From assembly GCA_044346845.1 (NCBI GenBank), contig JBIIYK010000002.1:1-41156 (forward strand): a stretch of DNA of 41,156 nt, in the 5' to 3' direction. The stretch is from Minisyncoccia bacterium. GTDB taxonomy: Bacteria > Patescibacteriota > Minisyncoccia > Phycocordibacterales > GWA1-40-21. Every line of letters begins with the position of its first letter. The first letter of the stretch is position 1. The notes below the pieces were generated by a model. That model made no database searches and was not told the DNA's origin. It saw only the letters and a list, made by a program, of their open reading frames with translations. The position numbers and the translations under genes are program-made. This document shows, in pieces, positions 32,536 to 40,810 of the stretch.

Positions 32536-33917
32536 ATTATATTATTTTTCTTATTCCAATCTGCGAGTTCGGCTGGGCCAGAACTACCAACTGGATACTT
32601 ATAAACGATTAAATCCTTCTTTTTTATTTTATCTACTATTTTCCAAGCTAACTCAACTTCATCATTACGAACAAAAAGGGCTCTCTCTCCTAAAATTGCC
32701 TGTTCTAACAACACTTCATATGCCTCCGGGGTGTTTGAACTGTGATCACAATGATGGCAATAATTCATGTCTACTGTTTGTACTTCAAACCCCTGGCGTA
32801 CAGATTTGGAATTTAATTCAAAAGAAAAACCTTCATTCGGCTCAATCCGGATAGTCAGATAATTACTATCAGATGGACAAGACTTGGCCAAAAGGCAATC
32901 CACTGGTTTGAACCTAACATGAATTACGGTTTCTTTTTTATTTAGATTTTTACCCGCTCGAACAAAAAACGGCACCCCTTTCCAACGTTTGTTATTCACT
33001 GACAATTTAGCAGCAAAAAAGGTCTCTGTCTTTGAACCAGGCTTCACCCCCTTCTCATTTTCATAACCATCATACTGCCCCATTAAAATGTCCGTGACTT
33101 TTGTTTTCTTTAAAACTTTTACCTTTTCATCTCTCAAGTATTCTCCAGAAATAAACTTTGGGGACTCCATAGCCACAAGTGAAAGCATCTGCAAAGCATG
33201 ATTTTGCAGTATATCCTTAACCGCTCCATATTTATCAAAATAATTACCTCTATTTTTTATACCAAAATTTTCATCACAAATAATCTGAACGGAATCAATG
33301 TTTTTATTATTCCACAGTGGCTCTAATATTCTGTTAGTAAAACGGAGTAAGGCAATATTACCCACCAACTCCTTGCCTAGATAATGATCTACTCGATAAA
33401 CATTTTCCTCTAAAAAAACCCCGTCTATCGTTTTATTTATCTCCTTAGCAGAACGTAAACTATTTCCAAAAGGCTTTTCATACAGCACCCTCTCCCATTT
33501 ATTATCCTTACTGTTTACCAGGCCAACTTTAGCTAAATTTATAGTGGCCGCCTTAAAATGCTCTGGCAGGGTGGCTAAATAAAAAAGTCTATTACCTGAT
33601 AAATTATTCTCTGCTTCGACTTCTTTGATTTTGTCCCGTAGGCTTTCAAAATCCTCTGACTTATCAAAATCTAATTTCTGATAATGGGCACTTTTACAAA
33701 GTTTCTGCCAAACAGCCTCTTCTAAATCTTTTATATTCTTCTTGGCTTCATCTAAAATAGACTGTATTGTCACCTCAGAACGGGCCACTCCAATAAGTGA
33801 CACGTGAGAAAAGGTATTCAACTTAAGAAGCTTATAAATAGAGGGGATGAGTTTAAGTTTGGCCAAATCTCCGGTCACACCCATAATAATAAAAGTGAAA
33901 TTTTTATCTAAATTCAT
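32523..33917 (-). CDS. zwf: Glucose-6-phosphate 1-dehydrogenase
   Basis: GVTGDLA..K..P..Y, YEKPFG, and the active-site RVDHYLGKE. Confidence 0.9.
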   Translation of the reverse strand: MNLDKNFTFIIMGVTGDLAKLKLIPSIYKLLKLNTFSHVSLIGVARSEVTIQSILDEAKKNIKDLEEAVWQKLCKSAHYQKLDFDKSEDFESLRDKIKEVEAENNLSGNRLFYLATLPEHFKAATINLAKVGLVNSKDNKWERVLYEKPFGNSLRSAKEINKTIDGVFLEENVYRVDHYLGKELVGNIALLRFTNRILEPLWNNKNIDSVQIICDENFGIKNRGNYFDKYGAVKDILQNHALQMLSLVAMESPKFISGEYLRDEKVKVLKKTKVTDILMGQYDGYENEKGVKPGSKTETFFAAKLSVNNKRWKGVPFFVRAGKNLNKKETVIHVRFKPVDCLLAKSCPSDSNYLTIRIEPNEGFSFELNSKSVRQGFEVQTVDMNYCHHCDHSSNTPEAYEVLLEQAILGERALFVRNDEVELAWKIVDKIKKKDLIVYKYPVGSSGPAELADWNKKNNIIWKS

Positions 33918-33923
33918 TTTGGC

Positions 33924-33954
33924 ATTATACCACTAAAATAATTTATGCTATAAT
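33924..33954. promoter_or_regulatory. Back-to-back leaderless-type promoters
   Basis: TATAAT (33924-33929, complement) lies N6 before the zwf ATG. TGcTATAAT (33946-33954) lies N6 before the ATG at 33961. Both -10 boxes are perfect TATAAT, each exactly 6 nt from its ATG. Confidence 0.55.
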
Positions 33955-33960
33955 TCGGAC

Positions 33961-34419
33961 ATGAAAGAGTCCTTGAAGTGGCAAGCACCAGAATATCATC
34001 ACTATGAAAGAAGTACGGACTGGTTTTGGGCTGTAGGCATCATCACTTTATGCATGGTGGTATTAGCTTTTGTCTTTCATAATGCCTTGTTTGGTATTTT
34101 AATTATCTTATCTGCCGGAATTTTGATCTTTTATGTTCTCCGCCCACCGAACGATGTTACTTATGAGATAAACCAAAGAGGAATAAAGGTGAATGATGAC
34201 TTACACCCATATTTAACCATTGAGTCTTTTTGGATAGAAACCAGACAAGGTGAACCAAAAATAATCCTGAAGTCAAAGAAAAATCTCCTACCTTATATCA
34301 TAATCCCCGTCCATGATGATGATGTGGATGAAATGAATGATATTCTACGTGAATTCCTAGAAGAAAAAGAACTCACCGAACCATCTTCTCACAAAGTTAT
34401 GGAGTATCTGGGTTTTTAA
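33961..34419 (+). CDS. Hypothetical membrane protein (2 TM plus a C-terminal soluble domain)
   Basis: Two adjacent TM helices after about 20 aa. No motif recognised. Confidence 0.55.
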   Translation: MKESLKWQAPEYHHYERSTDWFWAVGIITLCMVVLAFVFHNALFGILIILSAGILIFYVLRPPNDVTYEINQRGIKVNDDLHPYLTIESFWIETRQGEPKIILKSKKNLLPYIIIPVHDDDVDEMNDILREFLEEKELTEPSSHKVMEYLGF

Positions 34420-34422
34420 TTG

Positions 34423-34494
34423 TGCCCCTGGCAGGAATCGAACCTGCATTTCTCCCTTCGCAGGGGAGTGTCCTATCCATTGAACGACAAGAGC
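34423..34494 (-). tRNA. tRNA-Arg (anticodon GCG)
   Basis: Acceptor GCUCUUG/CAGGGGC (two G-U pairs) plus A73, D-arm GUUC-AAUGGAUA-GGAC, anticodon arm CUCCC-CUGCGAA-GGGAG, T-arm GCAGG-UUCGAUU-CCUGC. Confidence 0.85.
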
Positions 34495-34535
34495 AATTAA
34501 AATACATTAACACAGGAAGAGTAAAAATAGAAGTA

Positions 34536-34571
34536 ATAAAAAAACATCCTGATATCTCAGGATGTTTTTTT
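34536..34571. terminator. Terminator downstream of rpsT (bidirectional shape)
   Basis: aaaaaaaACATCCTGA-tatc-TCAGGATGTtttttt. Confidence 0.7.
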
Positions 34572-34580
34572 ATTTAAATC

Positions 34581-34847
34581 TTATTTTGAAGCTTTAGCCA
34601 ACATTTTGGCTAGACGGCTTTTCTTTCTGGAAGCGGTATTCTTGTGAATCAAATTTGTCTTACAAGCCTTATCAATAGCTTTAAAAGCTTCTGGTAGTAA
34701 ATCTGAAGCTTCTTTTATATTCTTAGCAACAACTGATTTCTTTATCTTTTTAATGATATCAGAAATAGCATCTTTCCTCTTTAGGTTAAAGACAGCTTTG
34801 TGTTTGGATGCTCTCAGGGCTTTTTTAGCAGATGATGTTATTGGCAT
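34581..34847 (-). CDS. rpsT: 30S ribosomal protein S20
   Basis: MPITSSAKKALR.S..K...N...K, a basic helical protein of 88 aa. Confidence 0.9.
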   Translation of the reverse strand: MPITSSAKKALRASKHKAVFNLKRKDAISDIIKKIKKSVVAKNIKEASDLLPEAFKAIDKACKTNLIHKNTASRKKSRLAKMLAKASK

Positions 34848-34934
34848 TTGTTTACTTAATTAATTTAATATCGTTTGTACAAACTATCACACAGTTCCTG
34901 AAAAAGCAATATACTAGAGCTTTTAAGTAAAAAA

Positions 34935-34942
34935 TGTATAAT
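34935..34942 (+). promoter_or_regulatory. Extended -10 (TGTATAAT) 6 nt upstream of the ruvA ATG
   Basis: TATAAT at 34937-34942, spacer TAAACC, ATG at 34949. Confidence 0.5.
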
Positions 34943-34948
34943 TAAACC

Positions 34949-35518
34949 ATGATCACAAGAATCACCGGAGAAATAGTCCACAAAGCGGAAAAGTTCATCA
35001 TTATAGAGACAAACGGCATTGGCTATAAAGTCTACGGAACCACCGAGCTCATAAGTAAGACCAAAGACGGTGACACCACCAAAATTTGGACTTATTTAGC
35101 GGTTCGGGAAAATGCCTTGGATCTTTATGGTTTTGCCAATAAAGAAGAACTGGATTTTTTTGAATTACTAAACACAATATCGGGTATCGGGCCAAAAACC
35201 GCCTTAGGGGTTTTGAATGTCGCCTCTGTCTCTTCCCTTCGTAAAGCTATCTCTACCGGTGAAACCGCTCACCTCACAAAAGTTTCCGGACTTGGTAAAA
35301 AAATGGCTGATAAAATTGTTCTGGAGCTTAAAGGCAAACTAGGTTCCTATGAAGAAACAAACCTGGGCATGAAAGAAGAGATAGATGCCTTGGAAGCTTT
35401 GAAATCTCTCGGCTATTCTCACAAAGAATCCAGAGAAGCTCTTCAGGAAATTGATAATTCAACACCACTCTCTACCAGCCAGAAAGTAAAAGCCGCCCTG
35501 AAACATTTAGGAAAATAA
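34949..35518 (+). CDS. ruvA: Holliday junction DNA helicase subunit RuvA
   Basis: M...I.G.I.........IE..GIGY.V, followed by HhH motifs (ISGIGPKTA, VSGLGKKMA). Confidence 0.9.
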   Translation: MITRITGEIVHKAEKFIIIETNGIGYKVYGTTELISKTKDGDTTKIWTYLAVRENALDLYGFANKEELDFFELLNTISGIGPKTALGVLNVASVSSLRKAISTGETAHLTKVSGLGKKMADKIVLELKGKLGSYEETNLGMKEEIDALEALKSLGYSHKESREALQEIDNSTPLSTSQKVKAALKHLGK

Positions 35519-35519
35519 A

Positions 35520-36779
35520 ATGGAAAATATACTACTAAAATTTAAAAAACTTATTCCTAAAAATATTTTGACCTTCTTCTTGCCCGCTTATCATTATCTA
35601 CTTGCTCTTGTTGGTGCCCTTATTTACCGTTTCCCTTCTAGAAAAATAAAAGTTGTGGCCATTACTGGAACTAAAGGAAAAACTTCTACTGTAGAATTTG
35701 TAAACGCCATCTTAGAAGAAGCAGGCTTTGTAACCGCCCTGACTGGAACCCTCCGTTTTAAAATAGGATCTCAGTCAAGACCAAATATGTACAAAATGAC
35801 TACGCCTGGCCGTTTTTTTATTCAGAGATTTTTAAAACAAGCGGTAGATGCTCACTGTGATTATGCGGTGATTGAAATGTCCTCTGAAGCCTCCAAACAA
35901 TACCGCCATAAATTTATTGACCTGGACGCTTTGATTTTTACTAATCTCGCGCTAGAGCATATTGAATCCCATGGTTCGTATGATAATTATCTGCAAGCTA
36001 AATTAAATATTGCCAAAGCCCTAGAAAATTCTTCCAAGAAAGATAAAATTATTGCAGCCAATATTGATGATAAAGAGGGTCATAAATTCCTGGCAATAAA
36101 TGTAGAAAAAAAAGCTCCTTATTCTCTAAAGAACGGTGAGCCGATGGTTTGTCACAGTGAAGGGACAGATTTTACGTGTGAAAACGTTAAAATATACTCC
36201 AAGTTAATTGGTCAATTTAATGTTTATAACATGTTGGCCGCCATTGCCTATGCTCGAGCCTTGGACATTCCTATGGAAGTTATAAAAACTGGCTTAGAAA
36301 AAGTTACCGAGATAAAAGGCCGAGCTCAAAAAATAAAAAATGATTTAGGGATTGAGATTCTGATAGATTATGCTCACACTCCGGATTCTTTAAAAGCTCT
36401 TTACTCATCCTTTCCGGGCAAGAAAAAAATCTGTGTTCTGGGTAACTGCGGTGGTGGCCGGGATAAGTGGAAAAGAAAAGAGATGGCTTTAATCGCGGAA
36501 GAATATTGTGATCAAATAATTCTGACAGATGAGGATCCTTATGATGATGACCCATTGGAGATTGTAGAGAGTATGGCCAAAGAATTAAAACGTAAAGAAC
36601 CAAAAATAATAATGAGTAGACGGGGTGCTATTGCTGAGGCGCTTAAAAAAGCTAAGGCTGGAGAAGTAGTCTTAATAACTGGTAAAGGAACTGACCCCTA
36701 CATTGCCCGCCAAGACGGCATCAAAGAACCCTGGAGTGATGCTAGGGTGGCCGAGGAAGAAATAGCTAAATTACAGTAA
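35520..36779 (+). CDS. Mur ligase family, MurE-like UDP-MurNAc-tripeptide synthetase lacking the usual N-terminal domain
   Basis: P-loop AITGTKGKTST and DYAHTPDSL (MurE-type). The position of the DAP-specificity DNPR motif reads EDPY. The N-terminus is hydrophobic. Confidence 0.75.
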   Translation: MENILLKFKKLIPKNILTFFLPAYHYLLALVGALIYRFPSRKIKVVAITGTKGKTSTVEFVNAILEEAGFVTALTGTLRFKIGSQSRPNMYKMTTPGRFFIQRFLKQAVDAHCDYAVIEMSSEASKQYRHKFIDLDALIFTNLALEHIESHGSYDNYLQAKLNIAKALENSSKKDKIIAANIDDKEGHKFLAINVEKKAPYSLKNGEPMVCHSEGTDFTCENVKIYSKLIGQFNVYNMLAAIAYARALDIPMEVIKTGLEKVTEIKGRAQKIKNDLGIEILIDYAHTPDSLKALYSSFPGKKKICVLGNCGGGRDKWKRKEMALIAEEYCDQIILTDEDPYDDDPLEIVESMAKELKRKEPKIIMSRRGAIAEALKKAKAGEVVLITGKGTDPYIARQDGIKEPWSDARVAEEEIAKLQ

Positions 36780-36810
36780 CCGCTTTTGAACCTTAACACC
36801 ACAAACCAAC

Positions 36811-37671
36811 ATGCCTGAATTACCCGAAGTAGAAACCTTAAAGCGTGAGCTTAATAAAAGTTTGACCAGCCTCACTATAAAAGAGGTGCAGATTTTATGG
36901 AGCAAGTCTGTCTTGCCTCTATCCCCCTCCCTATTTATAAAAAATCTAACTGGAGCAAAAATTATTGGGCTGGATAGACGAGCTAAAATTTTAATAATAA
37001 ATCTGAGCAAAGAAAATCATTTAGCATTTCATTTAAAAATGACAGGCCAACTTATCTTTGTTCCTAAGCGTGGTGAAACAATTTCTGGCGGCCACCCTAC
37101 AGCAGACGTTCAAGCTCCAGGTAAACATACCAGAATTATTTTTACTTTTACAAACGGTGACCATTTATACTTTAATGATCTTCGTAAATTTGGTTGGTCT
37201 AGATTTATAAATAAAAAAGAACTCCAGGCTCTTACTAAAAATATTGGCCCAGAACCTTTAACTAAAGCTTTCACCGAAAAATATTTAATTGAAATTTTTA
37301 AAAAATATCCAAACCGCACAGTGAAACAAATATTACTGGACCAAAACCTCATTGCGGGTATTGGAAATATCTATGCAGATGAAGCCTCTTATCTAAGCGG
37401 AGTTCTACCGATGAAGAGAGTCAAAGACCTAACTCAAAAAGAAATAACGGAGTTACATAAAAATATCATTGGCGTATTAAAACTGTCTATCAAGTATAAA
37501 GGGACTTCGTCCAAAAACTACCGCCGGAGTGATGGTTCGCTGGGTGGTTTTGTCCCCTATCTCAATGTTTACGGCCGACACCATGAAACCTGTAAAAAGT
37601 GCGGTTCTGTAATTCAAAAAATAAAACACGCCGGCCGTGGCACACACTACTGCCCCACCTGTCAGAAGTAG
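36811..37671 (+). CDS. mutM: Formamidopyrimidine-DNA glycosylase
   Basis: N-terminal MPELPEVE, H2TH region, and a C-terminal zinc finger C..C....K.....RGTHYCP.CQ. Confidence 0.9.
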   Translation: MPELPEVETLKRELNKSLTSLTIKEVQILWSKSVLPLSPSLFIKNLTGAKIIGLDRRAKILIINLSKENHLAFHLKMTGQLIFVPKRGETISGGHPTADVQAPGKHTRIIFTFTNGDHLYFNDLRKFGWSRFINKKELQALTKNIGPEPLTKAFTEKYLIEIFKKYPNRTVKQILLDQNLIAGIGNIYADEASYLSGVLPMKRVKDLTQKEITELHKNIIGVLKLSIKYKGTSSKNYRRSDGSLGGFVPYLNVYGRHHETCKKCGSVIQKIKHAGRGTHYCPTCQK

Positions 37672-37825
37672 TGGCGGTTTCTCCAAAAAACTATTTAAAT
37701 TATTTGGTCCTCGCGTCTTTTGACCGGCCTTATGGGCGACAGGACCGGTCTCAAAACCAGACACAAAAAATTTAAATGTTTTCTTGAGAAACCTAAACAT
37801 GTTACGTTCCCGTAAAGGCCCAGAT

Positions 37826-37891
37826 TGTTTGATTTTAAAATGTCTGGTTGAGGCTTACTGTTGCCGACCCGAGGACTTTTAAAATTAAATA
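37826..37891. repeat. Intergenic repeat, copy 2: 16-nt left arm, 5-nt linker, 45-nt right arm
   Basis: The arms are identical to 7371-7386 and 7418-7462. The predicted plus-strand fold uses G-U pairs (GUCU/GGAC and GGUUG/CGACC) closed by the palindromic UUUUAAAA arms. Confidence 0.85.
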
Positions 37892-37916
37892 ATCTGGGTC
37901 TTGGAGGGATTGAAGC

Positions 37917-38411
37917 TTATATATTCAAAATCCTAAACAAGGCCACACCAAAAGAAACAGAAACATTTAGAGATTCTTTAACTCCCTGCATAGGAATCTC
38001 CGCAATAACATCTGCTAGTTTCAAAATCTTTTTATTAACCCCATCTACTTCCGCCCCTAAAACAAAAACTATCTTAGATTTTTTATTTATTTTTATCGCC
38101 TTATAATCCACAGAATTTTCTGCCTGTTCCACCGCAATTATCTGATAGCCTTCTTTTTTAAGTTTCTTAATTGCCCCCAAAACATCTTTTTCATATTTCC
38201 ACGGCACACTTTTTTCTGCGCCCAAAGACACCTTGGCAATATCTTTCCTCTCCCGACCAAATCTATCCACTGGTGTTGGTGTGGTTCCACCTAAAATAAT
38301 CTGTCCCACTCCCAGAGCATCAGCCGTTCTAAAAATAGACCCCACATTAAAGGTACTGCGGATATTATCTAGAATCACAATTGTTTCCATTTTATTTTTC
38401 ATCATCATCAA
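37917..38411 (-). CDS. SpoU/TrmH-family RNA 2'-O-methyltransferase
   Basis: Three motifs: NVGSIFRTADA, VLGAEVDGV and IPM.G...SLNVSVS.GV. Confidence 0.8.
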   Translation of the reverse strand: MMMMKNKMETIVILDNIRSTFNVGSIFRTADALGVGQIILGGTTPTPVDRFGRERKDIAKVSLGAEKSVPWKYEKDVLGAIKKLKKEGYQIIAVEQAENSVDYKAIKINKKSKIVFVLGAEVDGVNKKILKLADVIAEIPMQGVKESLNVSVSFGVALFRILNI

Positions 38412-39171
38412 AGTATTCGTAAAAAGTCAGAACTGCCACTGTAAATAGTATCAACCAAAACATTAACTCCTCCACAGGAAATCTGACATCTAATATTCTT
38501 ATCCAACCAATAAACTGCTTACTTGGAAAGTTCCACCAACCAAGTTTTAGCGCGGTTATCTCGTATACAGATGTTAGAAAGAAAAAATAGGCCGCTGTTT
38601 CAAAAAAGCGTAAAATGAGTTTTGGGTGTTTAATAAAATGAAGGATCGACGGTATTAATATCAAGGTAATACCAAAACATAAATAAAAATAAGGAATGTA
38701 CAATAAGTTTGGAACTATGTAATAAAGCCCCAGGAATACAATAATCACTAATAAGAGAAGAACAAAAAGAAATTTTAAATGTGGCTCGATTACTTTGTTC
38801 TTTAAACGGCGGTCCATAAAATATTCATAGAAAGTTACTACGCAGTAAACATTCATAATAGCCCAAAAGATAACCTCAATACTGACAAAATTAAATAGCC
38901 TGAATGGAAGTATTGAGTTAGGAATAAGCCACTGCCCTGTCAGGTGGGCAATGTAGTCAATAATTATTATGGAAGGAATGCCTAAGATTAAAGAAAAGAT
39001 AATTGATTTTTTAAAATATTTTGGGTTTCTTAAGGTTAAATATAAAGATGGAATTCCAAAAAAGACTATTATCGAGCCAAAGGCGTTTATTTTTAGTAGA
39101 TAACACAAAAATGCTCCAATAATTGGATAGGCTAGTAGTATTAGAAGATCATCCCTTTTATTCATATTCAT
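38392..39171 (-). CDS. Polytopic membrane protein with two lycopene-cyclase-domain-like repeats
   Basis: About 7 TM helices. The second half has PVEELMFW, and the first half has the weaker SIEVIFW, resembling the hPhEE motif of CrtYc/Yd-type lycopene cyclase domains. Confidence 0.45.
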   Translation of the reverse strand: MNMNKRDDLLILLAYPIIGAFLCYLLKINAFGSIIVFFGIPSLYLTLRNPKYFKKSIIFSLILGIPSIIIIDYIAHLTGQWLIPNSILPFRLFNFVSIEVIFWAIMNVYCVVTFYEYFMDRRLKNKVIEPHLKFLFVLLLLVIIVFLGLYYIVPNLLYIPYFYLCFGITLILIPSILHFIKHPKLILRFFETAAYFFFLTSVYEITALKLGWWNFPSKQFIGWIRILDVRFPVEELMFWLILFTVAVLTFYEYFDDDEK

Positions 39172-39315
39172 AAATATATCATTTAAAGATAAATATAAAA
39201 AGTCTTACTCCAAGAAACTTTTAAAAAATAACGAATTGGACATTTGAAGTTTTTTTTGTTATATTTTTCCCATTCCCTGAACCAAATTCTTTGGTCGGGT
39301 GAACATTAGTTATAG

Positions 39316-39388
39316 CCGCCCATAGCTCAGCTGGTAGAGCAGCTCCCTTTTAAGGAGAAGGTCGCAGGTTCGATTCCTGCTGGGCGGA
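39316..39388 (+). tRNA. tRNA-Lys (anticodon UUU)
   Basis: D-arm GCUC-AGCUGGUA-GAGC, anticodon arm GCUCC-CUUUUAA-GGAGA, T-arm GCAGG-UUCGAUU-CCUGC, acceptor CCGCCCA/UGGGCGG (C1-G72) plus A73. Confidence 0.85.
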
Positions 39389-39390
39389 CA

Positions 39391-40365
39391 TTAATAAAAG
39401 CGCGAGGGCGTCTTTTTTAATGTCCCCAACAATAAATTTTTGATAACAAATTCTTCCGACAGGTTAATCTTAGTAAGATTATAATATTCTATATTATTTG
39501 CGGTAATTAAAAATGGTTTTTTGATAGTTCCGTTCTCTAACAAGAGAGCCATCTTTCCGCATTGAATTTTTGAGTCGCCTCCCGGAAAGGACCTGAAAGG
39601 AAAAGTGCTCTCAGTTGCTCTCTGAGTAAGATGTATCCCTCCCTGAGAATATCTCAAAGAAATCTCCCTCGAAATCTTATTAATTATTTTATATTTTTCT
39701 GCAAGAATATTCACATCAGAAGTACTAGTACTATTGCAGAAACGGTGTGTATTTTGAATATCTCTAGCTGAGATTTTAGGTATAAACTTTTTTTCTAATG
39801 CAATTATCTCATTATTGAAGTCTTCTTTGTTTATTAAGTTAGATTCTAAAGTTAATTTAATACTATCGCTCAATCCAAGTTTTTTTATCATTTGGGCAAA
39901 TTCGTCACAGTAACGAGTGGTATCAATAATCGATATCCCATTTGCTAATTCCGCGCACCTGTTATCAATAATAATCTCAAAATTAACTCCTAAGGGATAA
40001 ATTTTAGATATTTCACATATGAATTTTTTAACTTGGAAAAGTGCTAGTAGTTCAGATAAACCAGGTTCAAAACTGAGTTCACCTGACGTCCTGGCATGGT
40101 AACCACCTCCTAAATTTAGGTAAAAAGTGAGTCGTTTCTTATTATTGAGCAGGTTCACTATCTTGTTACATACCACATCCTTATACGGCTCAGATTTAAT
40201 CCTTGTAAAATATGTAAACTCTCTAGAAGACAGAACCTTGAATATCTCTGTGGAGATTTTGTTAGAATCACTACCAAATGAATTACAAATAGTTAATGGC
40301 TTTAAAATTTCTTTAGATAAAGTATCCATATACGATACTACATAATCTTGTAGATTTAAATCCAT
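39391..40365 (-). CDS. Hypothetical 324-aa protein, candidate distant PvcA/Dit1 (isonitrile-synthase-family) homolog
   Basis: The ORF is solid. Recalled family landmarks seem to align: LTFYLNLGGG (versus hFVLPAFP), EPGLSE (versus PDMGE), KIYPLGVNFEIIIDN...GISIIDTTRY (versus FYPPGA.I.I.SDG.VF.DL.GV.D..V..Y), and GGIHLTQR (versus RLSIHPQ). This was not verified by any search. Confidence 0.4.
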   Translation of the reverse strand: MDLNLQDYVVSYMDTLSKEILKPLTICNSFGSDSNKISTEIFKVLSSREFTYFTRIKSEPYKDVVCNKIVNLLNNKKRLTFYLNLGGGYHARTSGELSFEPGLSELLALFQVKKFICEISKIYPLGVNFEIIIDNRCAELANGISIIDTTRYCDEFAQMIKKLGLSDSIKLTLESNLINKEDFNNEIIALEKKFIPKISARDIQNTHRFCNSTSTSDVNILAEKYKIINKISREISLRYSQGGIHLTQRATESTFPFRSFPGGDSKIQCGKMALLLENGTIKKPFLITANNIEYYNLTKINLSEEFVIKNLLLGTLKKTPSRFY

Positions 40366-40603
40366 AAAATAATTTTGGTTATTAAAGATTAACAGTTTAG
40401 TACTCTCTTTTCAAGTAGTTTCTTATTAGACACTCATCTCCCTCATATACCTCACCTTCTTATACAGTTCTGACATATAAGAATAATTTCTAGCTGTGAT
40501 AACATTGTACATACCACGTTCGGCTTGCAAAAAGTTTGGCTTTATTCTATTCTTTACACCAATCCAGACAAATAAGATCTGGGAAGTACAAAGGAGTGGT
40601 TCT

Positions 40604-40744
40604 ATGTGTTACGCGAAGAAAGCGAAGAAAAAGGGACATATAATGGTTGGCTCTGGTGAGCACTGCAAGTGTTCTATCTGTGGCGAAAAAGCCCAATCCT
40701 GCGCCCGGGTCAAATGCAGATTCGCCTCTACGAAGAGCAGGTGA
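40604..40744 (+). CDS. Small basic Cys-rich peptide (46 aa)
   Basis: Sequence MCYAKKAKKKGHIMVGSGEHCKCSICGEKAQSCARVKCRFASTKSR. AAGGAG (40591-40596) lies 7 nt before the ATG, and a GC-rich terminator follows. G+C is about 45-57%. The track's 82-aa version starts at a GTG with no SD. Confidence 0.5.
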   Translation: MCYAKKAKKKGHIMVGSGEHCKCSICGEKAQSCARVKCRFASTKSR

Positions 40745-40767
40745 CCAAAACATCTAGTCCCCACAAA

Positions 40768-40800
40768 CCCGCCGGTCATCATGACCGGCGGGCTTTTTTT
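40768..40800 (+). terminator. Strong rho-independent terminator
   Basis: CCCGCCGG-tcatcatga-CCGGCGGG followed by CTTTTTTT. Confidence 0.8.
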
Positions 40801-40810
40801 AAAAAGATAG

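Noticed and set aside
37477-37800. The 107-aa minus-strand ORF as a real gene
   Set aside because: About 195 nt of it run antisense through the well-supported mutM coding region. It has no -10 or SD signal of the types seen elsewhere and no recognisable motif. Only its first codons lie in the spacer, as noted under the repeat finding.
40496-40603. The N-terminal extension of the Cys-rich peptide to the GTG at 40496 (the 82-aa form in the track)
   Set aside because: There is no SD or -10 box in front of the GTG, and the extension lies in AT-rich DNA before the composition jump. The internal ATG at 40604 has a perfect AAGGAG at 7 nt. The short form is therefore preferred, though the long form is not excluded.
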